The notes under the pieces are model-generated. The model was not told the DNA's origin. It worked only from the letters and a program-made list of their open reading frames with translations, and did no database searches. A program made the translations under genes and the position numbers. A stretch of DNA of 63,582 bases, the filler included, from Gonapodya sp. JEL0774 (taxonomy: Eukaryota), in the NCBI GenBank assembly GCA_027604505.1. It is 49 parts of 49 records of this genome, joined end to end, with 100 filler letters (N's around TTAATTAATTAA, not from the genome) between each part and the next. Parts side by side here need not be neighbours in the genome. Positions count along the whole stretch, not along the records: positions 39,111 to 40,307 come from JADIIX010003623.1; positions 40,408 to 41,604 come from JADIIX010003624.1; positions 41,705 to 42,901 come from JADIIX010003625.1; positions 43,002 to 44,197 come from JADIIX010003626.1; positions 44,298 to 45,493 come from JADIIX010003627.1; positions 45,594 to 46,789 come from JADIIX010003628.1; positions 46,890 to 48,085 come from JADIIX010003629.1; positions 48,186 to 49,380 come from JADIIX010003630.1; 41 more parts are not named here. One strand, 5' to 3'. Positions 39,111 to 50,673 of this stretch are shown piece after piece. Each line of letters starts with the position of its first letter. The stretch's first letter is position 1.

Positions 39111-40307
39111 ATGTCGAGCATCAGCTCCAAGTAGTCCATCTTCGGAGGAGATCCAATATGCAACAATTTGTTTCTCGTTGAGGGAACATTTTCGAATAAT
39201 GTCATCATCTCTTTGATTGATCTGTCACGGGCGCCGTTTATTCCAAGTTGCCTGTCCACGAGTTGTGAAATCACATCACGTGAAAATTGGTCATTTTGTT
39301 CGAGTCGGGTGATTTCTGCCACCAAAGCATTTTTCGACACGTTCCTGATAATTGCAACAAAGGCCTTGAGTGATATGAGTGCCGATGTGTTGTCCGATGT
39401 GCTGAGCTTCATCGCATTCTCAAACCAGCCTTTCAATTGGATCTCTTCCTCCAATTTCTTGATTCGAACATTCATCTGAATATCAACAACATCAATGTTC
39501 ATGACAAGTGACTTCACGGTAATACCGGCTTGCTGGACATCGGAGTTGTTGCAACTATCACCCTTCAGACCAGGAGCAAGACGTGCGCGTAACAGTGTCG
39601 TTGACAACAACACAAGCAATTCAAAGATTTGCTGTTGACCGGAAGATACTTCAGCCACCGATCCACTCCGTGTAATCGCTTATACCAGTTGATCCTTAGT
39701 ACAGATCCGAGTGCGATTCAGGAAACAAAAAGTCTCACATTTGCTAGCATTTTGTCTGACCAGTTCTGGGATATCTATCCAGACTAGAGCTTCTTTGAGA
39801 ACAGATGAAACAAGTGGATCAACTGTCTTTCTCAATCGCTTGCGAGCCTGCAGTAGAATACATTTGTCTTTGGCGTCGGCCCAAGTGCGTTTCAGAGATG
39901 CAGCAAAATCTTCAGGATCAGAAATAGCCCCACCTTTGGTGGCGAGGAGGATTCAACAGAGACTTTACTTCCAAACCTCGTAGTCCTGTTTTACTCACTG
40001 TCGATCTCCTCAGCTTCCTCCTCCCCTGAGGTAATAGAACATGTCAAGCGTTCTCGAATATACCACGAAAGGCCATAATTCCTTGATCCCAAATTGACTC
40101 GTGGTAGATCCTCTCTGAGCAAATTGCTTTGCCACATTATTTCGCAGGCGTTTGTTGTTTCCATATACGCCAACAATTTCTCAAGTGGAAGTTCTGCAAA
40201 TCTCTGAACCTCTGCAACAGTGACAATCTCGTCATATAGCCACGGACGATCTGGTTTGCAAAGCCTGGCATTTTCAGGTGGTGGATCCCACGTTCTTTGA
40301 ATAATGT
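39111..40307 (-). CDS. Hypothetical multi-exon helical protein
   Basis: Consecutive open exons separated by GT-AG introns. No family recognised. Confidence 0.4.
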
Positions 40308-40614
40308 NNNNNNNNNNNNNNNNNNNNNNNNNNNNNNNNNNNNNNNNNNNNTTAATTAATTAANNNNNNNNNNNNNNNNNNNNNNNNNNNNNNNNNNNNN
40401 NNNNNNNCAAAGCTTCCGAAGCTTTCTTCAATTCCAAATCGAAGTGTTGGCGAAGAACATCTTTTGATCTACCTAGAATGTCCATGAATGTTGGAAAGAG
40501 AGCGCATCGTTGAAAACCAGTCATCTTCAATGCAGTGTCGATGGTGGGCCTGAGTTTGGGCTTGCATGGACTTGGACTTGCGTCGACAGTCGGCTAAAAT
40601 TTTTCAAGAGATTA

Positions 40615-41517
40615 TCACCGTACAATGTAAATGCCATCTTCTGAACACGATCGTCCCGTTGAACGTAGATAAATTCGTTCAAGAATGTTCACTAATCGCT
40701 GACTACCCCAATGCTTCGAGTTCATCACGCTCGGTCGGAAGAATAAGAATACATAGTTTGCCTGGTCGTTTGACTGACACTCGTCGACGAGCATCAGCAC
40801 TGTCGTCAGCTTTCCCGATTGTACAGACATTTGGCCAGTCGCAAGACGGAACAACTGCCAGTCCAAGTACGCACTTGGGCTGTACCAATCCTTGAAAATT
40901 CGCATGATGGCTGATCCATAATCGACTCCTCGAGCGTTGGTGATCGACACCAGCCTGTCTATTGTTTCTTCAATCAAGAAACCTGGCGCTTGCGATCCCC
41001 GATACTCAAAAAATTCTTCAATGTAGTCCCATACCAACATGAGATCCCGTGGGTTCAGGTACTGTTTTCTCGTGGGGATAACCACATCTTCGACGGCCAA
41101 TTCAATCGCATGCCAGAAATTCCGAGATTGTTTCACAATCGGAAAAGCGAGCCTGGCGATTCTGTCTTCGCCAGGGTACTTCTGCTTCTGGAATATAGAG
41201 TGCAGACGACGATTCAGCGCTAGTCTCACGCGGTGGTGTCGCGGTAGCCAGAATCCTATGGCCATCCATGTCTCGGTTGCCACAGAGTCTGGTAGTCGTT
41301 TGTCAATACAGCTGTGTAACGTGTCCCACCACGCAAAATCATCATACGTACTGTGTATAGTGTTCTCGAACATCGACCAGTAACAGGATTCGAGAATCTT
41401 TCCCGCTCTGATAGCTTGCTTTGGATGAGATGTGACGAGATGCGACAGAATTTGCGTAGAAAGTAGGATGGAATCGGACAGGATGGATGGACAAATATTG
41501 CGAGTCTCGTACTGCAT
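40615..41517 (-). CDS. Intronless 300-aa ORF of unknown function
   Basis: Complete ATG-to-stop frame with globular, Trp-rich composition. Confidence 0.5.
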   Translation of the reverse strand: MQYETRNICPSILSDSILLSTQILSHLVTSHPKQAIRAGKILESCYWSMFENTIHSTYDDFAWWDTLHSCIDKRLPDSVATETWMAIGFWLPRHHRVRLALNRRLHSIFQKQKYPGEDRIARLAFPIVKQSRNFWHAIELAVEDVVIPTRKQYLNPRDLMLVWDYIEEFFEYRGSQAPGFLIEETIDRLVSITNARGVDYGSAIMRIFKDWYSPSAYLDWQLFRLATGQMSVQSGKLTTVLMLVDECQSNDQANYVFLFFRPSVMNSKHWGSQRLVNILERIYLRSTGRSCSEDGIYIVR

Positions 41518-41518
41518 C

Positions 41519-41604
41519 GGATGGGATGGGGATGAGGATGGAAAGTTTTTCAGGATGAGATGGGGATGAGGATGGAAAGTTTTTCAGGATGGGATGGATA
41601 TGAG
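41519..41604. repeat. 34-bp tandem minisatellite (about 2.5 copies)
   Basis: GGATGRGATGGGGATGAGGATGGAAAGTTTTTCA at 41519 and 41553, with a partial copy at 41587. Confidence 0.85.
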
Positions 41605-42005
41605 NNNNNNNNNNNNNNNNNNNNNNNNNNNNNNNNNNNNNNNNNNNNTTAATTAATTAANNNNNNNNNNNNNNNNNNNNNNNNNNNNNNNNNNNNNNNN
41701 NNNNCCACACGCTGCATACCAGACTCTGCGACGTTACAACCGGCGTCCTGCAAGTTGTTCTCTCTCTTCCCATCATGGCAAAGCTCATCCCGTACTTCGT
41801 GGTGTCCCCTTGTACTTCAGTATTCAGGGCCTTCCAGATCCGCCAAATGCTCGCTTCTTCACTTCAACTCCTCGCCCGGTGCTTCCTCCGTTGATGAAGA
41901 CAGTCTTTTCAATTGGTGTAGGAGTCACTGTTTTCAACTATGCCGTGAGTTCGATCTTCTGAATTACAAGCATTTAGTACAACCTATCACGCTTTCTGAT
42001 CCCAT

Positions 42006-42626
42006 ATGATGACGCAACAGCAACCACATACCCTTCTCGGAATTATTCTGGGATACGGCTCCTATAGACTTATCAAGTCTTTCCTGGATTCTCGGTTTCC
42101 TTCGTCCCCCTGGGACCAGCTTGCCACGCGGAACGTCCCCTTCCCAGGCCCTCTTACTATCCCCTTCCTCTTCTCGATCCCCCTTCGTGCCGTTTTCCGA
42201 GCTGTTGGGTCCCAAACGCAACTTTCAAGTCAGGTTGAGGAGCTTGCAGTGAATCGTTTGAGATCATGGGTTCAGTCAACGTCTGCTCCCAAAGACCTCA
42301 AGGAACTTATCCTTATGGGCAATCCACCGGACATTATAGCTTCCCCTCTACATTCAGTACGAGTAGCGTCATCGGAGCTGAGGGGTATCGGACCTCTCAC
42401 TAGTGAACGAAGTTCCACGCGCATTAATATCGCGTTTGGAGTCATGACGGTGTGGCGATCAAAACAGGCGCTGGTGACGGTTGATGCCACAGCTTCTGAA
42501 AGCGGTGAAATAACGTTGAACAGGATCGTTATATCCGAGGAAATTTTTTTTGTTGGAGGTGATACCTGGGAAGTACCGCTTCACGGTGGACTTAATACTA
42601 TTGACGGTGAATTTGGAGAATTGTAG
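42006..42626 (+). CDS. Hypothetical membrane protein, last exon
   Basis: 206-aa open frame with hydrophobic segments. No family recognised. Confidence 0.4.
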   Translation: MMTQQQPHTLLGIILGYGSYRLIKSFLDSRFPSSPWDQLATRNVPFPGPLTIPFLFSIPLRAVFRAVGSQTQLSSQVEELAVNRLRSWVQSTSAPKDLKELILMGNPPDIIASPLHSVRVASSELRGIGPLTSERSSTRINIAFGVMTVWRSKQALVTVDATASESGEITLNRIVISEEIFFVGGDTWEVPLHGGLNTIDGEFGEL

Positions 42627-42785
42627 CAGTTTTAGGACTTTGCTTATCCCATTGATTAGAGACGGATATACTATAGGAGAGTAAGGCGTGTCTGATATGA
42701 GCACCAGAAATTTGACACCCCCCTAATGCACAGTTCCTGTCTTCCGTTCCACCACAACTAGCGCAACCATCGCGAAAAACTCACA

Positions 42786-42899
42786 ATGGCAACCGCACTT
42801 GAAGATGTCGCGATGGAGGATACAGTTGGGGCAGAGATTTTGAGAATGTCGACTGACGAAATCGCGAACAGGACACGGCTGCTGGAGAATGAAATCAAG
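42786..42899 (+). CDS. RPT5: 26S proteasome AAA ATPase Rpt5/PSMC3, first exon
   Basis: MATALEDVAMEDTVGAEILRMSTDEIANRTRLLENEIK followed by a GT donor. Confidence 0.85.
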
Positions 42900-43001
42900 G
42901 TNNNNNNNNNNNNNNNNNNNNNNNNNNNNNNNNNNNNNNNNNNNNTTAATTAATTAANNNNNNNNNNNNNNNNNNNNNNNNNNNNNNNNNNNNNNNNNNN
43001 N

Positions 43002-43095
43002 TGCTTCCAGTAGTCCAGCACATCCACATCTGGCCGCTTCTGATCTTCCTGAAAGTACCAGTCAATCTCATGCTCCTGCTCCAGTCCCTCCACCC
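43002..43095 (-). mobile_element. hAT C-terminal dimerisation-domain remnant
   Basis: EHEIDWYFQEDQKRPDVDVLDYWK fits the E.d.Y...d.L.(w/y)Wk start of Dimer_Tnp_hAT. Confidence 0.55.
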
Positions 43096-44197
43096 CTCTT
43101 CTTTGCTTCCACACCAAGGAAGACATCCAAATTGCAAGATTTGCTCTTGTAATGTTGTGCAAGTTCCTGTTTAAATTCATCAGTAGTTTTTGAGTTTGGA
43201 GCAATGCAAATAAAATCGTCAACATGCCCACCTGCAATAATATTTCCCTTGCCATCTTCAAGTTCTTTTAGAGACACAACAGGGTCTGCCTGTATCTGTT
43301 TGAATTCCATCTTGTTCACTAATGTATCAGAGAGGTTCTTGAACCATACATTTGCCGCCTGCTTCAATCCATAGAGGGATTTCACAAGTCTACAAACAAT
43401 GCTTCCACCTTTCCAAAAATGAGGTTGTTTCAGGTATACCTGTTCTTCCAAGCTGCCATTTAGAAAAGCATTTGAAATGTCCAATTGAGTAATTTTGTAA
43501 CCCCATTCAGTGGCAATTAGAGCAAGGACTATATGCCAAGCTTTGGAGTTCATCACAGGTGCAAATGTTCTGTAGTAATCAATTCCATGCTGCTGTGTGA
43601 AACAACGTGCCATCCAGCGTGCTTTAAAACGCACTGAGTTGCTGGACAGCTGTTTCAGTGTGTAAACACACTTTCCTGACAAAACTGGCATTCCTTTTGG
43701 CTTTTCAACCAACTCCGAAGTCCCGAATTTGCCCAGTGCTCCAATTTCCTCGTCCATCCAATACTTTGCATAAGGGCTATTCATTGCTTTTTTGTAAGAC
43801 TTGGGATCTTTAATATGTTCAAATGTCTCAAGTGTCACATTCAAAACAAGAGGATCTGCTGAGTCATCAGAATCAGAATCAAATGGATTTTGGTCATCTG
43901 CCATCTTCTGTCAAGTTTGGTTGTTCTCAGGAATCTAAAGAGTGTATGGAAAGGCTTGCATGTAAATCTGGGTGTGGTGAAGGGCATAATTTGTGAGCTC
44001 AGTTGTGTGCACAGAGAAAATATAGATAAGGAACCTAACATCCATCTGAACATCTTCCAATCACTCCCTCTGGCAATAAACTCTGGAGGATTTTTGCTCC
44101 AATCAGTAAGTGGGTCTGGGGACCTGTCTTGTTCAACTGGGGCAGGGCTTGGACTGGGAGGTGAAGCATACCTATGCACCACTTGTGATGGTTTCTG
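43096..44197 (-). pseudogene. pol: Degenerate Copia reverse transcriptase (RVT_2)
   Basis: DPKSYKKAM, RFKARWMA, GIDYYRTFAPV, QLDISNAFLNG, LVKSLYGLKQA and GGHVDDF, with apparent deletions and many substitutions. Confidence 0.9.
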
Positions 44198-44297
44198 NNN
44201 NNNNNNNNNNNNNNNNNNNNNNNNNNNNNNNNNNNNNNNNNTTAATTAATTAANNNNNNNNNNNNNNNNNNNNNNNNNNNNNNNNNNNNNNNNNNNN

Positions 44298-45493
44298 CCC
44301 AACGCCATTCTATTTGAAGAGGTTCTCTCAGACATGCAAACACAGTACAGTCTTTCAGTTGCTGTGCTGTTTCAGTTTCAAGCTTCCCACTTGAAGTTGC
44401 AAAGAGTGCTTCCTCTGCCCCAATCCATTTCTCAATGGAGTAAAGAGGGGTTTGTTCTTCAGAGGTTGAGTTTTGCAGAACAGGCTCATGGTAGCTTTTT
44501 GACAGGATGCCATGTAAGATTAATATTGCAGAATGGAAATCAAAATATTGAGAAAACCCACCGTGTACCACTCACCCACACAAACCCTGCCACTTCTGCC
44601 CACAACCTGTTTAGTCCTGAATTATCGGCAACAACAATAGTGGAATATCTAAAAATGATCCTGTATGTGGAAGCATTTAGCTCCTCATCCCTTGGCGGAG
44701 GTCCTGGTTTGGGCTCCTTTGGTCCAAGGAGTGCTGCAATAATGGCTGAGATGGTTTCAAAATTGTCAGCCTGAGAACAAGAAACAGCCATCTGTCCCAC
44801 ATCCATATCCCAGTAAGAGTAAAGAAGTTCCCATGAGTCCTGTTGCATGTTAAACTGGGATGTCGACCAATATCGGAACTGGCGTAAAAAGTTGAAGGCA
44901 AGTTGTGTGAAGAAGAGATCAGGGTCCTTTTTAGATCTTCCATTTGTCATGATGGATAATTGCTTCAGAGATGCTGCAATGCGCGCAAAGATGAATGACA
45001 CTCTGTCACCTTCACTTGGTGCAGTTGACATTGGTGACAATATGGCTGGAACATGTGGGGACATCCATTGAGTCCACCCAGACATCCACTCTGGGACTTC
45101 TGTTTGATTTGTGTGGTTGACAGCAACTTCCACTGTTAATCCATGCAGATGGACTTCAATATCAACATCCCGTGAAGTTGCCTCCACCTTGGCAGTCTCA
45201 TCATGCTTGATGGCAAACTGAGCAGCCACAATGTCTCTGTACAAAATGTGTCCCAACTTGAAGCTGATACTCCAGGTGGATACTGCAAGAAGGTGATGTA
45301 TTGATGTACTGTGGGGTTGATCACGGGAAGGAAGTGCTTCCTGAGGCACATCTAGCGATGAAATTGCACTTGTTTGATGCTGTTCACTTGCAGCAACAAT
45401 ACTGTTGAGAATTTGATCAAGTTCCACATGGCTTGTTTTGTCAATATCAAACTTTGCTTCAGGAATGTGAAAATCAACAGAACCATGGCCACT
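44298..45493 (-). CDS. Hypothetical protein fragment in CpG-depleted DNA
   Basis: Open frame of at least 295 aa. No family recognised. Confidence 0.4.
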
Positions 45494-45593
45494 NNNNNNN
45501 NNNNNNNNNNNNNNNNNNNNNNNNNNNNNNNNNNNNNTTAATTAATTAANNNNNNNNNNNNNNNNNNNNNNNNNNNNNNNNNNNNNNNNNNNN

Positions 45594-46789
45594 CAACTTT
45601 CTTGCATGAATTGTATGTCAATTTTGACTGTAATCTGCACTCGCAGTACCATCTTTATGAAGATGTTGTAAAGTTCTTAGCCAAGGTGTGTACTTGATGT
45701 GGTGACTCGAGGCATAGTTATAATTTGCTGACATCTGCTGCGAACATCAGCACTCATTCCCAGATGCCACACCTGGAGGACCTGTCACTTCATTGCAGCA
45801 CCAAACTGTCTGCTTAGATGCTTTGCTGCTTGTGTTGAAGTCTCTAATCAATAGAGCTGCTTTGGATGCGACATCTAATAAACCTCATGTTTCAGAAGGG
45901 ATGCATTTCCGACCAGTCAAGGAAATTAAAGAGGTTTGTTACAATTTGAATAGATTTAGCAGTTTTACGTCCTTGACATTGCCAGTTGTCGACACGAAGG
46001 TTGATCCTGCGGATCAGCATGTTTTCCTTGCTGCAAACAAGGCCAGAAAGAAGCTGCTTCTCCAAGGTGCTGAGATCTTTAACAGTTCTCCAAAGGAAGG
46101 CATTGCTTTTTGGGGAGGTGAGAAAGCCTCCATTGTGTTCTGAAGGAGTATGGGTAACATGCAATGTTTGGTAGCAAACAATTTTATTGAACCACTGAAC
46201 AATCCTACCAGTATTGCAAACTTATTGAAGTCTACCCCGCGAGTTAGTAAGCAAACCTTAGGGGACTTTCTGTCCAAGCCTGCCAATATTGAGATCCTCA
46301 AAGCTTTTATAAACACTTTTAATTTTGATGGTGTAAGCATCTGTAGCTATTTAATTTTGAGGTGAAAGCTTTATATTTCCTTTCTCCGGTATAGAAACGC
46401 CTGGATGAGGCTCTTCGGAGCATGCTTGAATCTTTCAGGCTTCCTGGAGAATCTCAGCTAATTGAACAGATAATGAATGCATTTGCTGAAAAGTATCATG
46501 CAACATTACAGCTATGTTCTCCTGGAGTTGATCCAGGATTTCTGGACATTGAGACTCCAGATGCAGCATTTATTTTAAGTTATTCAATTATTATGTTGAA
46601 TACAGATCAGCATAACCCACAAGTAAGAGTGGGTATTTTTGTTGACTTGTTACTGAGAGAGTGGTTTCAAAAGCTTATGGTTCCAACTCAGCACCGAATG
46701 ACTTTTGACGATTTCAAACGCAACACCAGAGGTGTAAACAATGGAAAGGATTTTGCTCCCGAATATCTTGTATGTATCATGGAGTTTTA
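45594..46789 (+). CDS. GBF1/Gea1-type Arf-GEF, HUS and Sec7 domain exons
   Basis: ELYVNFDC, LDEALRSMLESFRLPGESQ, LSYSIIMLNTDQHNPQV, and RGVNNGKDF. Confidence 0.9.
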
Positions 46790-49700
46790 NNNNNNNNNNN
46801 NNNNNNNNNNNNNNNNNNNNNNNNNNNNNNNNNTTAATTAATTAANNNNNNNNNNNNNNNNNNNNNNNNNNNNNNNNNNNNNNNNNNNNACGACGGGGAC
46901 AATAATTTTAGGATGCACTTCTTCTCGCACAAAGAATAATAGTTGGTCCGGTATAATAACGCTTGTACAGTTATTGGTCCCTCGGAGAGCCCAGGACCTA
47001 CGAACATCACACGTAAAAGTGAACGTCTATTAAACCATGGAAACAAAAGAGTTCACGCAGTATTGCGAATTGACAGACAGCGAGGGAGAGGTGATCAAAC
47101 TGGGGGATATTATGTGAGAACGTGAATCTTCTTGTGCGGTTCAGGCTGCAGTTATATATTCGAGGCGACTGCGCTATTTATCACCAAACCAACCAGTTTC
47201 GGTACAAGTGATGGGATTCGGAACGCTTGATTCGCGCTGCAGTCATTTGCTCATAATTCATCACCTTTACGCCGCCTAACCCCGCGTACATTCTCATCTC
47301 CCGTAATCTCACTGGTTATCCTCTTCTTGGCTAAATTCAACACAGCGCCGAAATCCTCAGAATCACTCGCTTAATACAGTACGTCTACGCTACAACCTCT
47401 GCCCCCACCGACCGCCGGGTAGCCTCAAGAGCTAGTCAACAGTGTTCCAATCGGAGAAAGAACCTCGCAGTGCGTACCTCAGATCAAGAGATCTGTACTT
47501 TTGAAAAGCATGCAGCATGAGTGTTCTCATCCACCAGCACCGGCAAGCTTATGTAATTGCCCTCGACGAGCGCGTCTCAACAGGTGCTTTCTTGTTGCGG
47601 CTGGTGGGGTGAACCTCAAGCCATCACACTGCATTTTTAAATGTGTCGTCGGAAGTTTGTTGTGGTTGGCACTCTGGAGTGATCGGGCCATGGTGTCACA
47701 TTCTTGTGGTTGACAGGGGACCGTGGGTACCTGGGCCACCCGTTCGAAGCAGTTTCGACGCACACCCAGTGCTTGGGCTCACCTGACGGGTCTTCTCCCA
47801 CTGGATCGACTCTGCCCGTCAGGTGAGCATGGAGGGACGAGGACGTCCATTTCCCATTTCATCCTGTATATTCTTCACATTATATTCACTCTGCCCGTCA
47901 GTGTTGTGCCCGAGTGACACGTGGGACGGATTGACAAGCTGAACGAACACATTCTGTCGAGACCCAACAAATAGAATTCTCGTTTCCTTGATACCACACA
48001 TTCGTACCATGCAAAATCTCCCACTGGAAGTCCTCCGCTCCATATTCCGGCTCCTGCCCCCCAAAGTCTTCTATTCCGTCATTCCNNNNNNNNNNNNNNN
48101 NNNNNNNNNNNNNNNNNNNNNNNNNNNNNTTAATTAATTAANNNNNNNNNNNNNNNNNNNNNNNNNNNNNNNNNNNNNNNNNNNNCTTCCCTTGTGCGCC
48201 CGGCCCTCCCCCACATTCTCGCCAACGTCGTCTCAGGTGGGAATGGTTGGGGAGGCAGTGGCCGGGGACTTGCTGACATTCTCGCCAACGTCGTCTCAGC
48301 TGGAGCGACGGCTTGGTTTTTTTGTTTTGTGTGGACTTCGCAACTATGCCTGTGATGTCTGGTCGGCTCTGTGTAGCTTGTTCTCCTTAGATGATGTTTT
48401 TTTTTTTTTTTCTGTTGTTACATCAAAAAATGCACGGCGGCTGGTGGGCTCGGGGTCTTCCTCGCCCACCGGCCCGGTTTCTGGCAGCACCGCCCGCCCC
48501 GCCTGTTGGCGGCTTCCTCTTCTCGCCCCCTGTTGCTGCCCCCGGTGTGGTTCGGCACTAGGGCCTGTCTTTATAGACAGAACCCTCAGCAACTCTTCGA
48601 GCAAACAGGAGTGCCCACTTTTCGAGAACTCAATCAGTCGTTTCTCGCGCAATGGGTTTCGGACGGGCGTTTGCATACTAGTACCCAACGCTACAATCGA
48701 CGACGTTTCTCGGAATCCCACTATCTCTGCAAGTTCATGGCAAAAATACGATTGCAACACAGTGACAACATGTGCTGACTCGGAGTGCAAGAGAAACTGC
48801 ACCTCGGAACCACTCAACACGGGAATGTGTAACAATGGAACCATGAGAACCTGCGTGAACTCGGAAAGTGCATACACTGACTCCAACGTCTGATTAAACC
48901 TCGTCAAGGGTACTTCAGATACTACTGGATTGAGTACAGGTGCAATTGCTGGGATTGTTGTCAGTGCCTGTGTGGTCACTGGTATTTTCGTGGGATTACT
49001 CCTTTGGCATCGACGTCGGCGGACTGTGCAAGCGCAACTCAAAGTAGATGTCGCCAGTGATGCACTGGACAAAAAGTAGAGGTTTTGTGACATATTCTCT
49101 CTGTTGTTGAGCATGAGCTGTCACATACTGAACGGGGCAATCTGCAATCCGTAACATTACCAAAAACAATTCTCAGTCATTTGCCCCGAATGCATAAGTA
49201 ATAATGATTCCGGGGTACGCATGTGGTAAACGCAAAGTGTTCAATAATATATAAAGCTCCGCTCGTCGTTCCTGAAACTCCTCGGCGAAGCATCGGCACG
49301 GATAACTGTGGCACCGAACCATCCACCCAACCAAACAAACCTTTCTTCCGTCTCCCACACGAGAACAATGACGTCATCTGNNNNNNNNNNNNNNNNNNNN
49401 NNNNNNNNNNNNNNNNNNNNNNNNTTAATTAATTAANNNNNNNNNNNNNNNNNNNNNNNNNNNNNNNNNNNNNNNNNNNNTCGGCCAGATGTCGTCAGGG
49501 CGTGTGGATGGGACAGTAGGGAGGTGGTCGCGCTACGTGGTTGGATGACACCAGGGACAAAACCAGCGGGGCAAGGATATGTGGAGATTGTGCGACGGTG
49601 GATCAGTTTCACTGTTGGCAGTGCAGATAGCTGCTGAGTGATGTGCGAGGACGACAGAGTGAGCTGGGACGATGACAGCAGTGAACACGAAGATTTCATT

Positions 49701-50314
49701 GTATTGAGAGACCATTATCGTCTCGTATCGGTCACTTGGGAGGCTCACTGATTCAATCGTGGTGGCAGCTCGCGTGCTGGTGTAATTCCATTTCGACACG
49801 ACCATTCCTAATGTTCCCAAGGCGCCAGCCAGCGGCACATTGGTGCATCTGCGCGCATGAAATGGTACGGATTCATGAACACGGTGCCCCACTGCAGGAC
49901 CTGTGATCGTCACTGGGGCTTTCTTTTGCAGGTTGTGCGATCAGAACGCACCCCGTTAGTCCGATCACGATTCCTCTTCCGCATTCCAAAATTGATCGCA
50001 TCTGAACTATACCTTGGACCAATGCTCAGGATTTATCTCCACTATCCAGGTTCTCCGCGAGTAATCAGCCTGATCCGCAGAATCGGATCGTCTGCAGACA
50101 AATGAACTCGTTCCACACCGGAATAGCGCGGAAGCACATCTGCTGATTGATGGTGTCTGTGCGGACACCCTTAGTTTTGCTAGGTGTTGAATCATCGACG
50201 CATTACGTTTTGTTCGTGGTTTGACGAGCTCTTGGTGAACACGTCCCTTCGAATTGACCGGCAAAAGCAGTTCATCCTGCAAGTCGTCCTTTCACCTTCT
50301 TTCGAACACCAATC

Positions 50315-50673
50315 ATGTCTGGACAAGCCGCGTCCGGATTCTCACGCTTTCTGACGAAAGAATGGCGTGATTACTTTATGTCGTGTGTATCTCGTACGGC
50401 GAGGATTCCGCGGCTTTTTCTTCAGGGAATGGTTCGGCTGACTGTTCACTTTTCGGGGATTATCGTGCGATTTGGACGGTGAATTCACAGTACGGTGAGC
50501 TGCTTTCGTGAAGTTGATGCAAGTTAGAAGTCGTTGTTCACAATGTTCATCGGATTCAATCATGAATATTGTCCACATCAGCACTTTTGGGGACCCGTCG
50601 CGAACTGGGGTCTGCCCCTCGCTGCCATCGCTGACGTGCAGTCCAAGTCGCCGGAGAGTATCAGTCCAAACAT
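50315..50673 (+). CDS. MPC1: Mitochondrial pyruvate carrier 1, 5' exons (50315-50382, 50491-50494, 50582-end)
   Basis: Spliced product ...[26 protein letters not shown]...SPESIS. Confidence 0.92.

Noticed and set aside
48213..48299. Two exact 24-bp direct repeats (ACATTCTCGCCAACGTCGTCTCAG) 39 bp apart, with CRISPR-like dimensions
   Set aside because: Only two copies, in a eukaryotic context with no cas genes. A local duplication explains it.
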